This document shows positions 27,642 through 40,728 of a stretch of 64,000 nt of DNA, one piece after another (the first letter of the stretch is position 1; the number at the start of each line of letters is the position of its first letter). A model generated the notes under the pieces. It was not told the origin of the DNA, made no database searches, and saw only the letters and a program-made list of their open reading frames with translations. The DNA is from Octopus vulgaris (Eukaryota): positions 164,300,001 through 164,364,000 of the forward strand of contig OX597816.1 in the NCBI GenBank assembly GCA_951406725.2, written 5' to 3'. The position numbers and the translations under genes were made by a program.

Positions 27642-28111
27642 CGCATACTGCCGGCTTCTAGTTTCGGTCTAAAAGATCTACTCAAAAGGCTTTAATCACC
27701 CTGCGGCTGTTTATAGTAGAAGATACTTGGCCAAGGCGCCACGCAGTAGGACTGAACCCGGATTCATATAGTTGGAAAGCAAACATTTTACACGCACACG
27801 AGCACATATCATCATTTAACATCCGTCTTGTTTGCTGATACGAGTTGTTAGATGGTTTGACAGGATTGAAGAAAGCGGAGAACTGCTTAGAGCTCGGACG
27901 TCTGCTTTGGCATAGTTTCTATGACTTGATGCCCTTCCTTAGGGGCATCAAGCCGTAGAAACCATGTCAATTTTCAAATTTTTAATGACTACTGCTTACG
28001 GTGATATACTTTCGTTTTGTGATCATAAATGGAAAGAATTGTAGGTATTGTGTATGTAGTGATACTATTAATTTCATGAAACACAGTAGGGTCAGATACA
28101 CATGCACACAC

Positions 28112-28270
28112 CAGGCGTGGTCTGAGGAATTTTTCGAAGGAAGGACACAAGGTCAGAAGGGAACACAATTCCAGGAGAAAAGGGCTTAATAGCATTATTT
28201 AGAAGATCGCACTTTTTTTGAAGGGGGACACGTGCCCCTCAGCCCCCTCCACACCTTGGGTTCGCCCCTG
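28112..28270. mobile_element. GC-ended MITE-like element
   Basis: CAGGCGTGGTCTGAGG start, CTTGGGTTCGCCCCTG end, internal GGGGGACACGTGCCCC; CACAC on both flanks. Confidence 0.5.
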
Positions 28271-28357
28271 CACACATACGCACACTCAATAGAATGAATT
28301 GAAAGTAACTTTAATGGAAATTATCTCATCAGTAGAAAAATAAAATGTTTGTCTCTT

Positions 28358-28396
<39 letters not shown>

Positions 28397-29401
28397 CATG
28401 AAATTTTTTATTTTAAAATCTATTCGTTTCAGACTATTTGGAAATTAATATAAATAAACGAACTCTCAGCTTTGCGAATGTTCGAAATTTCCTCAAATCA
28501 CTTTCCATCGTTTTAGTCACGACAGATTACGTAGTAAAAGAGACTAGATGGTCATCACTGGAGCGCTTTTGATGGGTCTTCTCAAGAAAAGCTAGAATTA
28601 TTTTTATGTATGTTAAAAAGATACAATTATTTATTTAATTCCTGTTAAAAATCAAAATTAATTATAAACTGGTTTTTCTAGACACAATCTTCGTATAAAA
28701 TTTATGGGTATCCCTTTTTTTCCTTTTTTTCTTTCATTCACATTTATCCTAAGTTTAAATGACTATTTTCGAAAGTGGCTTAAAGGCTAATTTTTTAAAA
28801 CGAGGATTTTTTCTCAGTGAAGTCGGTAGTAGCCTTAATTAATATACATGTTACTTTCATGTGGATACTTCGGACAAACGTAAATAACCACCGATGTACG
28901 CGCACTGGTGTATGCAAAATTCAACGAAACGAAAAACGAACCGAAACTAAATAAATATGGATATAAGGAATGTAAGAAATACTCTAGAGTTAAACATGTG
29001 AACCTTGGTGATAAAATGAATTTTGATGCGATTCATATACCGAAATATACTGTAATATAGTGAGTAATATCTTACTTTTACTATAAGAGATATTAAATAT
29101 ATTTTAACAAGAACTTGGGTGATCTTAAAATAAATACCAAGCACATACGAGATACCCATTTGCCGCGCACACACACACACATTCTTGTATTTATTTTACT
29201 TGTTTCAATCATTTTGACTGACCATGCTGGAGCACCGTCTTATAGGGTTTTTAGTCAAAGAAATTAACCTCAGGACTAAGCCTAGTATTTTTTTTTTATC
29301 GGTTGTCAAGTGATGGCAGACTCACCCCTCTCTCTCTCTCTCTCTCTCTCTATGTATTGATTTTTTTTTTTGATTTTTCCAGTTTCAGCTAATGAGCTGT
29401 G

Positions 29402-29463
<62 letters not shown>

Positions 29464-29464
<1 letters not shown>

Positions 29465-29638
29465 CCGCGTGTGTACCGTTGGCGATTTTTTCCCCTCTGT
29501 CTTTCCTTCTATATTTCCGACGAAGAGCTCCGCTCGAAACGTTAAACCCCCTCCTTCTTTCCTGAGCGTCCAATAACACTATATTTGTTCCACGTCCTCG
29601 CGTTGTTGTGTTTTTTTTGTGCTTTCATGTTTGGATTA

Positions 29639-29643
<5 letters not shown>
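29464..29643 (+). mobile_element. (TA)n-flanked cassette with hammerhead-like motif
   Basis: TTT-CCGACGA-A-GAGC-TCC-GCTC-GAAAC-GTT-AAA at 29514-29546; downstream CTGAGCGTC..CCACGT.CTCGCGTTGTTG shared with 3222-3275 and 41607-41655. Confidence 0.75.
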
Positions 29644-29677
<34 letters not shown>

Positions 29678-29923
29678 GCGTATATATATACACACACACA
29701 CACGATGAGCTTTCTATCAGTTTAACTCACAAGGCTTTGGCCGACCCGAGGCAATTATAGAAGACACTTGCCCAAGGTGCGACACAGTGGGACTGAACCC
29801 GGAACTATGTGGTTGGGAAACGAGCTTCGTACCACATAGCCACGAAAAGTATATTAGGAAAGTTAGAAATCAACGTTGTTTGTATGTCATATTCTCCCTC
29901 CCTACCTCACTCTTTCATTATGC

Positions 29924-29957
<34 letters not shown>

Positions 29958-30671
29958 ATGTGCATTGTGTGTGACTTCCATTGTTACTAAAATGTTGTGC
30001 TCCTGGACCTGTGTCTTTGGACCTGGTTTGTGTTGCCTTATTGCTTGTTTGTCGGTCAGGCTGCACGAAACCTATTGGGCCGACGTAGATAGATTAAACT
30101 CGTGGCCTGTGCAATAAATTTGAAGGTTGCATAATATTACACATAAAATGAAAGTATACGTGTACAAGGGTTGTGCGTATGTTGTTCATACATAAACTCT
30201 TAAAGGAAATGTAGGTTATTTAATGTGTGTTTGTGTGTGTGTGTGGAGAGAGGGAAGGACATTTGTAAATATGAAGGAATTAATTATGAAAGAAATGGAA
30301 GACAGCGAGAGTGAAAGGAGATGAAGAAGAATCGCTAAGATGATAATCGGGAGTACATAATTTAGGATTTAATAAGATTATAGAGGGATTAAATTTTCAT
30401 GGTCGTTTATTTCGTTTTAACTACTATCTTTTTCTTCACGACTATTACCTCTCTCTCTCTTCTCATCATAGATGGGATACAAAGGAGAAATGACGATGGT
30501 GATGGTGGCGGTATTACGATGAAGGAAGCGGAGATGGGGGCGGGGGGAAACCAGGATTGTTATTTTCCAAAAATTTATTATTTTATTTTTTTGCCAAATA
30601 TGTGTACTTTGCCATATTTCTTGATGGATAAGGACATTTCTTACCTTCAGTTAAGACTCAGCTTCAATCGA

Positions 30672-30713
<42 letters not shown>

Positions 30714-30716
<3 letters not shown>

Positions 30717-31093
30717 ATATATAAACGGCAGTTTGTCTGTGCGTGTTTCTGTGTGTCTGTTTTCTCGTACCCTCACTCTGACCACGGCTTTCAACCGATT
30801 CTGATGAAACTTGACACACACATAGCCCAATGTCATAATTCAAAACTAACGCAGCGAAAATTTTGAAAAGTTCCCCCAGTTCTGAAAAAAATCGATAAAT
30901 TCGACATGGGGTCGAGAATCAGAAACCCAAACCACAGACCGTCTAGGGGACGCAACTCCACCTTTTTTAAATCTCAAAAAATTTTACCATCATTTCCCCC
31001 CCATTTTTTTGCTATTTTTTGGCTATAACTCTCTAAAAATGCTTTATAGTTATTTCCCTTACAAACCTGAGCAACGCCGGGTGATACTGCTAG
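30714..31093 (+). mobile_element. Non-autonomous Helitron, full-length type 1
   Basis: TC start in a (TA)n tract, hairpin CCTGAGCAACGCCGGG, CTAG|T end. Confidence 0.88.
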
Positions 31094-31104
31094 TATATAT
31101 ATAA

Positions 31105-31257
31105 AAGCGTAGGAGTGGCTGTGTGGTAAGTAGCTTGCTAACGAACCACATGGTTCCGGGTTCAGTCCCACTGCGTGGCACCTTGGGCAAGTGTCTTCTA
31201 CTATAGCCTCGGGCCTTGTGAGTGGATTTGGTAGATGGAAACTGAAAGAAGCCCGTC

Positions 31258-31306
<49 letters not shown>

Positions 31307-31500
31307 GTGTTTGTGTGTCTGTATTTGTCGCCCCAACATCGTTTGACAACCGATGCTGGTGTGTTTGCGTACCCGTAACTTAGCGGTTCGGCAAAAGAGA
31401 CCGATACAAAGAATAAGTCCTGGGGTCGATTTGCTCGACTAAAGACGGTGCTCCAGCATGGCCGCAGTCAAATGACTGAAACAAGTAAAAGAGTAAAGAG
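31105..31500 (+). mobile_element. SINE B, near full length
   Basis: GGAGTGGCTGTGTGGTAAG head to GTAAAAGAGTAAAGAG tail. Confidence 0.92.
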
Positions 31501-31957
31501 TAAGTAATTAACATTAAACAGTCATAGCTTGAATGCAGCATGTGTAAAGAAAAAATTGCTACACGTATACAAACATGAAGAGGGTGTGTGTCAGTGACGG
31601 TTCGGTCGACTTCCTCCTCAATACAGGTTTTTCTAAGCTACGTCACACTCTATAAACTCGGGCATTTGTCGCTGGCCATTCAATATTAACATCTTTTTAG
31701 AGCCCCCAGGCATTTCTTGGTTCTGTCATTCACTCGTCTTGTTTTAAAAACAACGAAATCTAACATCTTTTGATGGAGATAGATTAATGATTAACGGTGA
31801 GTCAAATATATAAAAAAAGGTCAAAGGTTATCTACCTTAATCATTTGATCTTAATACCTTCAGACTATCACGCATCACTGGTTTTCGTGACCCTAGTTAG
31901 TCTGAAAGGATGTATGTGAACGGATGTTATCGTGTATATTAGCATATGTGTGGTCCT

Positions 31958-32100
31958 GGTTCTCCGTCGGTTTCGACGATGGGTGTGTACCAGTTTATTC
32001 CTTCAACCAAATAGCCTACTCGTGAAATTAACGTTCAAGTGGCTGAGTACTCCACAGAAACGCATACTCTTAATCTCAGAGAGATTCAGTGTGACAAAGA
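31958..32100 (-). mobile_element. SINE C 3' part
   Basis: CTCGTGAAATTAACGTTCAAGTGGCTGAGTACTCC matches 40098-40262; overlaps 39040-39072 sequence on the opposite strand. Confidence 0.75.
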
Positions 32101-32115
32101 ATGGGAAATGGCTTG

Positions 32116-32989
32116 TTATTTGAAATGCAAACTTCGAAATAAATGGTGATCTAATGGTGCAAGGTCATGGCTACATGGTGGCTGTGACATTACTTCCCAA
32201 CCAAGCTCCAATAATTTTTCACGAGTTAGCAAAGACGTGTATGTTCTAGCATTGTCATGTTGGAACACGATTCCTGTACGATTTGCCAATTCTGGCAGTT
32301 TTTCTTCGATTGCTTCCTCCAGTTTCATTAGTTGTTGATAGCAAACATCTGAATTGATCGTTTGGTTCCGTGGAAGCAGCTCAAAACACGCAACACCTTT
32401 GTAATCCCACCAAACTGACAGTATGAACATTTTTGATGCAATTCCGTTTTCGATGTGGTTTGTGCTGGTTCATTACGCTTGGACCATGGTCATTCACGAT
32501 TGATGTTAATGTAGACAATCCATTTTTCATCACCACTGATGATTCGTTTTAACAAAAAAGTCGATTTCATTGCGTTTGAGATGCATATTGCAAATATTGA
32601 TTCGTTGTGTTAACTGAATCTCTTTCAATTTATGTGGAGCCTAAATATCGAGTTTCTTAACGAGTCCAAGACATTTTAAGTGATTTTCAATTGTTGTGTA
32701 TGTTATATTTAATCTCTCTGCGATCTTTTACACAGTTATATGATAATCAGATTCGATTATGGCTTTGATTCGGCCATCATCAACTTCAGTAGGTCGACCA
32801 GAACGTTGGTCATCTTTGAGTGAAAAATCTTCAGAACGGAATTTTTTAAAACCATTTCTGACATGTGCGTTCTGTTAAGTAATCAACACCATAGACACCA
32901 CATATCTCTTTGTGAGCCTCAGCAGCTCTCTTGCTTTTACGGAAATAAAAAAAGCAAGAATTGGCGAAAATGTTCGTTTTGCACTCCAT
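32116..32989 (-). pseudogene. Mariner (D,D34D) transposase pseudogene, mellifera-subfamily-like; 3' end lost
   Basis: ATG at 32989; motifs WFKKFRSEDFSLKDDQRSGRP, *APH (WVPH), IISGDEKWIVY, LSVWWDYKG, FQHDNAR..DLAPLD with exactly 34 residues between the last two Asp; stops/frameshifts present. Confidence 0.93.
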
Positions 32990-33129
32990 GTTAAAATTGA
33001 CACTGAACCAACAGCCGTAAACAAAATTACGCGCAATTTGCTTCTAAAGTAAGCTGAAAGTAACGGCTATCAAATATTAAAAGGAAAAATCATAATATTG
33101 GCAAAAGTCATTAAAAGAAATCGTAACTC

Positions 33130-33227
33130 AGTCTCTCTGCGTGACACCTTGGGCAAATGTCTTCTATAGCCTCAGGTCGACCAAAGCATGTGAGTGGATA
33201 TGGTAGATGGAAACTAAAAGAAGCCCG

Positions 33228-33266
<39 letters not shown>

Positions 33267-33445
33267 TTGTTCGTGTCTGTGCTTGTTCCCCCACCTTCGC
33301 TTGGCAACCTATATTGGTGTGCTTACGTCTCTGTAATCTAGGGGTTTGGCAAGAGAGACCGATAGAGTAAGTACTAGGCTTAAAAAATAAGTCCTGGGGT
33401 CGATTTGCTCGACTAAAGGCTGTACTCCAGCAAAATGAAACAAAG
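33130..33445 (+). mobile_element. SINE B
   Basis: CACCTTGGGCAAATGTC..GATTTGCTCGACTAAAGGC; an inverted B 5' half follows at 33478-33625. Confidence 0.85.
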
Positions 33446-34483
33446 GAGTTATATATATATATATATATATATATATAACGGGCTTGTAACAGTTTCCAGC
33501 TGTCAAATTCCCTCACATGGATTTGGTTGGCCTCAGGCTATAGTTGAAGATGCTTGCCTAAGGTTCCACGCAGTGGGACTGAACCCGGGACCATGTGGTC
33601 GGGAAGCCAACTTCTTACCACCGTGCCTGTTTGTTAGTTGCTGATTAAAAACCCCGTTATCTCCTCATTTGTATCTTATACTAATTTCCGTTTCATTTAT
33701 CAAACCTTAAATCAGTCACCAACTGAGTGACAGGGGTCTTTCTGTCAGAGGAGAGAACACAACAAGTAGAATAAAGATTAAGTAAGTGAACTTCTGGAAT
33801 GTTTTGTGTGTGTGTGTGTGTGTGTGTACTTAAAGAAGGAAGTCGGGGCAGCGGTGAGTTAGCAGAAATGATTTAGCGCCCCCTACTGTCTTCTTTTATT
33901 CTCTCCGTCTTCTATGTCCATATTGCTACTCTGAACGACCTTATCCTTTGAGAGGGACGATCGTATTTGCATTCAATTGCTTGTCTTGTTTAAAGATCGC
34001 GCTGCATTGTTTGATTGTATCTTGTTTTCCACCTTCTTGCTGTGAGTTCAAATCGAGCCAAAAACGACTTTATTTCTCATTTCCTTAATGAGATGCTGGG
34101 AATGTTTTAATTATCCGTTGCGATATAAGCCTTTCAGATAACTCAAATACTCTCTATTTTTCTTCTGTGTGTATAGCACGTGTGTATGTGTATATGAATG
34201 TAATAATTTAAACTAGGAAAGAAGTGAAATTGACATTATACACGTTTCTATAAACAGACGACATCATTTATTCCATGTATCATATATTGTTATACAGTTC
34301 ATGCAACATTATGTAATACGTAGCATAATATATGGAAATATGTAATAATAATCCTACAGTCAGTTCCCTTCTTCAGGTATCATGATTTGAAGGCACGACC
34401 GACCAATATATATATATAAAAGAAATTTTTGCGTAATGAGATAAAAAACGAAGGCTGTATAGATATTAGAGCATTTATAGATA

Positions 34484-34537
34484 GGTTTTACAGTTGTTTC
34501 TAGGATATTAATTAATAATATCTCTTCATCGGAGACG
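34484..34537 (-). ncRNA. Degenerate type-I hammerhead-like motif
   Basis: Minus: GTCT-CCGATGA-AGA-GATATTA-TTAAT-TAATATC-CTA-GAAAC-AACT-GTA-AAAC; 7-bp stem II, near-palindromic stem III. Confidence 0.5.
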
Positions 34538-35339
34538 GTGTGAGAGGAAAAATTAAGTCATAGTTAGTTTCGATGTGATACAAATAGAGAGTGAAGTGGA
34601 GAAAAGCAAATTGCGCGTATATATATAACATTTGTAACGGGGCAAATTTTAGCCATTTCTCCGCAGACTTGAAAAAATGAACAACCATAATCGATTTTCG
34701 AACCTTATTGGGTTATACAGACACACACACACACACACATATATATGATGATTGTGGAAATCGACTCAATTATCAGTATAATCATTGCTCTCTCATCTTC
34801 CCTGCAAGATATTTTTTTCTTTTTAATCTCAGTTTATGATTTACAGCTGTTTTGCTTTTTCTACAACTATGACATGTCTCCTCCCAGTTACATACAACAC
34901 AGAATCAGGTAATCTGGTGTTCTTTCAGACTACCACTAGAAACATATTCCCTACGTGATTGGTAGATATGTTGTGAGGTCGTAAGCAAAATTATTAGCTT
35001 GCAGTGCTATGTATGATGTGACTCTCAAAGATGAGAAATAACAAAACCTTGAATTACAGCCTCTTATTTATTAGAATTTACTGATATATGATATACTGGC
35101 CTTAATATATTTCAGAAACACGGATTTTAATGCATGTACATTACTATATTTTACTTTGTGTGTGTGTGTGTACATACATATATATATATGATTATAATCA
35201 CCCCACGGATTTTTATGGACAACACCATACAGAATTCTGGTGCATCTAAATTAAGTACCATATTCATTTGAATCTAAATTTTTGCTGAACTTATATATAT
35301 ATATTTACAATGCGGAAGAGAAATCAGTCACAGATTCTG

Positions 35340-35800
35340 TACAATTTAGGTGCATCTACATGTAAGACGCCAGAATTTGCTAGGTATCATGTGTTGGTAG
35401 TACACCGTAGATATATATGTAAGTACCAAATCCAATTTAAGCAGAAGATCCGACTCCGGGTTGGTTCTAGGTTCAGCGCACAATCCCATTTGTGTTCTTT
35501 AGTATGTCCTTTGTCACGACGATATAATTCTTTGGAGCACTGTTTATTGTCAAGTTGGAATTTGAACAACAGATTAGTTTCCGTAGGACAATTATTCTCA
35601 AAGAAGCAGCCACATGTAGGAATGAAGTTACAAGTTGGGGAAGCGACTGGGTTAGTTTTGTTGGAATAGTTTCCAGAATTAAAATGTTTGAGAGAGCTTG
35701 CAAAATTTTTACAACAAGAATAGCTTATTTTAATCGTATTGCTATTAAAAAGCTTATAGTATTTATGATTTATCGGAAGATGGAAAGAGATTATATTTAA
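35340..35800 (+). repeat. Interspersed repeat body homologous to 7.0-7.2 kb
   Basis: ACATGTAAGACGCCAGAATTTGCTAGGTATCATGTGTTGG aligns to 7010-7097 with a deletion between two AGGTA repeats; right boundary uncertain. Confidence 0.55.
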
Positions 35801-36104
35801 GAAGTTTCTGTCAATATAGGTGCGGACGTTAAACTAAAAACTGGATTATACAATAGAATGTTTCTTGGTCTGTTTTGCGCTTGGAAACATTAGTACAGAT
35901 TGTGTATTGTATTTTTATTTGAAAAAAAAAAACAAAACAATAATACAAAGTGGTTTCTTAGACAAATGTCGCTATTTTGGAATTGTCAACTTATAAACAT
36001 TTGTCTCCAATACTAGATCTCGTGGGGTCGGTTGCCCGGTTTCCATGGTGATTAGGTGACAGATCACGTCGTTCCCCCTGAACAGGATGAAATCCGTTGC
36101 GCTT

Positions 36105-36330
36105 GATTTAATGTTTATGGTGTTGGATTCATGATTATAAGATTGTGGTTTCGATTTTTGGTCCAGGCGACGCGTTGTGTTCTTGAGCAAAACACTTCAT
36201 TTCACGTTGCTCCAGTCCCCTCAGCTGGTAAAAATGAGTAACCCTGCGACAGACTAGCGTCCCGTCCAGTGGGGAAGGATACATGCGCCACAGGAGTGCT
36301 GAAACTAGCCCTATGAGTCCATATGACTCC
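36105..36330 (+). mobile_element. SINE C 5' part (tRNA head + CORE-like)
   Basis: GGTTTCGATT B box, TGTGTTCTTGAGCAAAACACTTCATTTCACGTTGCTCCAGTCC.CTCAGCTG. Confidence 0.75.
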
Positions 36331-36364
36331 GAAAAGGATCTTTATCTTTTAATCCATTGCAAGG

Positions 36365-36500
36365 TCACTGTATAGACTGGAACAACATGGAACGAAGTAT
36401 TTTGTTCAAGTACACAACGCAATGCTCGATTCGGGAATCGAAACTACAACCTTTCGATCTTGAGTGCAACACTCTAGCCACTAGGCCACGCGTCTTCACA
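36365..36500 (-). mobile_element. SINE C 5' part, inverted relative to the previous copy
   Basis: Minus: GCGTGGCCTAGTGG (A box), GTTTCGATTCCC (B box), TTGTGTACTTGAACAAAATACTT. Confidence 0.72.
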
Positions 36501-37417
36501 CTCAAGGATTAGCAATGCAATATGACGTACATAGTTTTGGCATATAATATGCATCTCGGAATAGGAGCTATTTTCTAAACCATTGCTAAACCATAATGCT
36601 CTTCCACATTAAAATGGAACCACCGTATATTTGGTGTGTGGACTTAAGCTCCATAAATTTATAGTATTGTCTTGAGTTTTCTAATACTTGTAGAAAATTC
36701 TCGAATCTGTTGGATGTTCCAGTAATTCTCCTTATCTCCATTAAATAACGATTAACGAAATGAATTGAAACCTAATCCTATCCTCTTTGTAATTTAATTA
36801 TTCATATTTTCATAATGGCTTTGTCTTCCTCTTCTGAAATCTCTGTTTTGTTTATGCATGCATGCATGTATGTATAATATGTGTGTATATAATACGTGTA
36901 CATATATCTATTATATTATATACATATATCTATATGTGTGTGTCGGATATTATTAAGTAGAAGTGAAACAAATATATTTAATATAAGAATCTAAATAATA
37001 GACGAATATAGAAATTAATTCGAGTAAACCATTTTAATGCATCGATATACGCTTTCTTTCTTTTTCATCCTTCCATGTCTCTCTCTCCTCCATCCTATCT
37101 ATCTGCCCCTCCCTCGTTCTTCCCTTCCATACACCTATAACGATGTACACAGGTAGATCTGCTCTAAGAGATCACCTACACACTCACAATAATCTCAAAA
37201 TAATGGTTCGTTCAAAATTGAAAATGTTTTCTCCATTTGTCATTGGCGTTTGATGGACACAGTGAAGCCAGACCAAATATTCAAATATCTAACGAATTCT
37301 GGTTTTTGTTCTCTCTCTCTCTCCCCCTCCATATCTCTTTCCATACACATACTGTACTGTCTTTCAGGCTGACTGTGTATCTGCTCAGAGACATGTGTAC
37401 ACTCTTTGTTTGTGCAG

Positions 37418-37454
<37 letters not shown>

Positions 37455-37455
<1 letters not shown>

Positions 37456-37816
37456 TAGCAGTATCGCCCGGCGTTGCTCGGGTTTGTAAGGGAAATAACT
37501 ATAAAGCATTTTTAGAGAGTTATAGCCAAAAAAATGATGGTAAATTTTTTTTTTTAGTTAAAAAGGTTGAGTTGCGTCCCCTAGACAGTCTGTGGTTTGT
37601 GTTTCTGATTCTCGACCCCATGTCGAATTTATCGATTTTTTCAGAACTGGGGGAACTTTTCAAAATTTTCGCTGCGTTAGTTTTGAATTATGACATTGGG
37701 CTATGTGTGTCAAGTTTCATCAGAATCGGTTGAAAGCCGTGGTCAGAGTGAGGGTACGAGAAAACAGACACACAGAAACACACACAGACAAACTGCCGTT
37801 TATATATATAGAGAGA
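37455..37816 (-). mobile_element. Non-autonomous Helitron type 1
   Basis: Reverse complement of 30714-31093; CTAG terminus plus hairpin; in (TA)n. Confidence 0.88.
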
Positions 37817-37971
37817 TATATATGCCTTTCCTTGGGTCCTCAATGCCAACTCTAAAAGATGAAAGACAGAGCTGATCTTTGCATTATTTGATATAAAAAA
37901 AGCACAAGGCTAAACAAATACCGCAAGAGCAATTCAGCACCTTACAACATACAGGCAAGCATGCATACATA

Positions 37972-38408
37972 GTGAAAGAGAATACCTATGCTGAACTATT
38001 GAGAAATCTTCAGCCACTCTATCCAGATAAGTTCAGATTTTTACTTGTAATTATTGGGGCCATGGGATCTGTAACATACGGCCTAAATGCCAATCTTGAG
38101 AAATTAGGCTTCTCGAAACCAGAAAGGAGAAAGCTAATTCGAAGGCTACAGATCCAATCCATCACTGGAACTGTAAAAATCTGTAAAACTTTCCAAAAGT
38201 TTATCATTTAAATATATATGAGCATGTCTAGATATGTAACTCTTTGCGTGAGAATATATACATAAAACATATAAATCTGCACATACATACATGCAAACAA
38301 ACAAAAATACCCTGTTGCTGTTGTTGAAATTCCAATGATGGAACCTTGGATCTAGGTTAGAAACTGGTTCTTTATTGGCAAGAAATCTTGAAATAAACTG
38401 AATAATAA
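37972..38408 (+). mobile_element. 5'-truncated R4/Dong-like non-LTR retrotransposon 3' end
   Basis: ORF KENTYAELLRNLQPLYPDKFRFLLVIIGAMG..LEKLGF..LQIQSITGTVKICKTF resembles the C-terminus of restriction-like-endonuclease LINEs; 3' UTR ends AATAATAA; CATACATA on both flanks. Confidence 0.8.
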
Positions 38409-38877
38409 CATACATACATACCAATTAATTCGACAGTAATTCTTTTCACTCTAAAACATTTTGTAGTCAAATCATTTTTGGGATTTTTTCAAACACATTT
38501 ATGTAGAGAGAATCGTCCCCGAGTCTTTGTCAGTGTCGTTATTAATTGGTTATCATTCAGATCGGTTGTTTTTGGTCAAAGCACGTCACAAGGACAAAGA
38601 TGCTGTTGACTCTGTTATCTGGTCAGAGTGCGCAGGAACTTGAATATGTGAAGCTTGGTTCATCATACGAACTTGAAATATTTTAAGCGTACTGATTCGT
38701 GGTGTGACATTATAAAATTTTAAACCTTTGCCACCCACCAGGTGTTCATTTTGGCTGTTATATGTTGTGTGTGTTTATTTTACCATTCTGCTGCGTTTTT
38801 GAGCATAGCTTCTATTATCATCTTGCAAGTCTGTCCACGTTGTCTCACGATGTTATTTACTTCTCCCTTTGTAAATT

Positions 38878-39072
38878 TGGGCATTCGGCTCATGATCATA
38901 ATGTCCCAGGTTCAATTCCCGGCGGCGCATTGTGTCCTTGAGCAAGACACTTTATTTCACGTTGCTCCAGTTCACTCAGCTGCCAAGATGTGTAGTACTA
39001 GTAATCCAAAAGGCCAGCCTTGTCACATTCTGAGTTAAGGGTACGCGTGTCTATGGAGCGCTCAGCCACTGC
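38878..39072 (+). mobile_element. SINE C
   Basis: GGTTCAATTCCC B box, TGTGTCCTTGAGCAAGACACTTTATTTCACGTTGCTCCAG, GGAGCGCTCAGCCACTTGC. Confidence 0.8.
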
Positions 39073-39130
39073 TGACCAAAGCCTTGTGAGTAGATTTGGT
39101 ATCCGGAAACTGAAAGAAGCCTGTCGTGTA

Positions 39131-39184
<54 letters not shown>

Positions 39185-39465
39185 CCAAATCTATAGTAGA
39201 AGACACTTGCCCAAGGTACCACGCGGTGGGACTGAACCCGGAACCATGTATGTGTGCGTATATATATTTGTATGCCTGCCCACCCCCAATAAAAACATCG
39301 CTTGACAACCGATAGTGGTGTCTGCGTCCCTGTAACTTAGCGTTTCGACAAAAGTGCCTGATAGAATACGTACCAGGTTTACAAAGAATAAACTCTGGGG
39401 CAGATTTGTCCGACTAAAGGCAGTGCTCCAGCATGACCGCAGTCATATGACAAGTAAAAGAATAA
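39073..39465. mobile_element. Rearranged SINE B pieces in mixed orientation
   Basis: Plus-strand middle piece (39073-39127), minus-strand head piece (39190-39248), plus-strand 3' half (39293-39465). Confidence 0.75.
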
Positions 39466-39470
39466 AACAA

Positions 39471-39537
<67 letters not shown>

Positions 39538-40097
39538 TATTTATATTTATACTACGTTGCTGTAACTGTCTTCGCTCATATGGATACATTGTGTGCGTGT
39601 GTTATATGTTGTTTCGAAAAATCTATCCGCTTTATTGATTTCAAATATCAATAGAAATGTCTATTATTTTTTTATTATTCCATTTCTTTCAATTATTTTT
39701 CTTTTTCTTTTTTTTTTTTGCACTCCTTTTAAAATTTGAATTGGATGAATAGGTGCTGCTGCTACTACTACTACTACTACTGCTATATGCAGTCTATTAT
39801 TCACACCGCTGCTACTAATGTTGTACATTTACTTCTAATACCACTGCTACTACTACTTGGGTGTTTTTAGTTGCAGAAATAAAATTGTATACGCCTCAGA
39901 TTCACGTGTGTGTGTGTGTATAAGTATATAGTGATATGCATACATACATACGTACATACATACATACATACGTGCGTATGTAATGACATGTCTATATAAA
40001 GATATAAAAATAGATGTAGGTTGATATCTGGATATATATAATGTATATAGGTATATAATATATATTATAATACCTATATATACATAGATACATTACT

Positions 40098-40262
40098 ACG
40101 GCAACTCCGTCGGTTGCGACGACGAGGGTTCCAGTAGATCCAATCAACGGAACAGCCTGCTCGTGAATTTAACTTGCAAGTGGCTGAGCACTCCGCAGAT
40201 ATGTGTACCATTAACGTAGTTCTCGGGGAGATTCAGTGTGATAAGGCTGGCCCTTTGAAATA
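40098..40262 (-). mobile_element. SINE C 3' part
   Basis: ACTCCGTCGGTTGCGACGACGAGGGTTCCAG..GCAAGTGGCTGAGCACTCC..AAGGCTGGCCCTTTG. Confidence 0.8.
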
Positions 40263-40728
40263 CAGACAGGTACAACAGAAACAGTTGTGAAGGGAGCCAA
40301 TCACAGGGATTTCTATATGGAGACCCGTCTTGTAATTGTCTAATCGCCAGTCGTATTTCCTATTATATTATTGTAATATTACGCGCGCTTTTTATACGAA
40401 CGTATTTCAAGTAAATGATTCTATTTGGTAACGCTGGAAAACCGAAGGCTTGCCTAAAAGTCACTTCTATTCAAGACTTCTGTATGTTAATCATCTCTTG
40501 GTGAAAGAGAATGAGAGAGCAGTCACGGAATTCTGGGTCCATATTTAACATACATCAACGTATAATTGGACTATAAAATATCAGAAATTCGGAATAGGTC
40601 CTACCGTAGATTGCAAACTGTTTCCTTAGCGATACTGAGAGGTAATTTGAGAAAGGCAATTTTACTACTAACAATGTCCAAACAAAAGCAAACTTGTGAA
40701 TATAAGATGTTTATCAGACACAGTTATA

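Noticed and set aside
35310-35800. ORFs of 119 and 81 aa as a gene
   Set aside because: Overlap an interspersed repeat with a homologue at 7.0 kb; no recognisable domain.
36420-36500. tRNA genes at SINE heads
   Set aside because: A/B boxes are present but there is no complete cloverleaf, and each continues into a SINE body.
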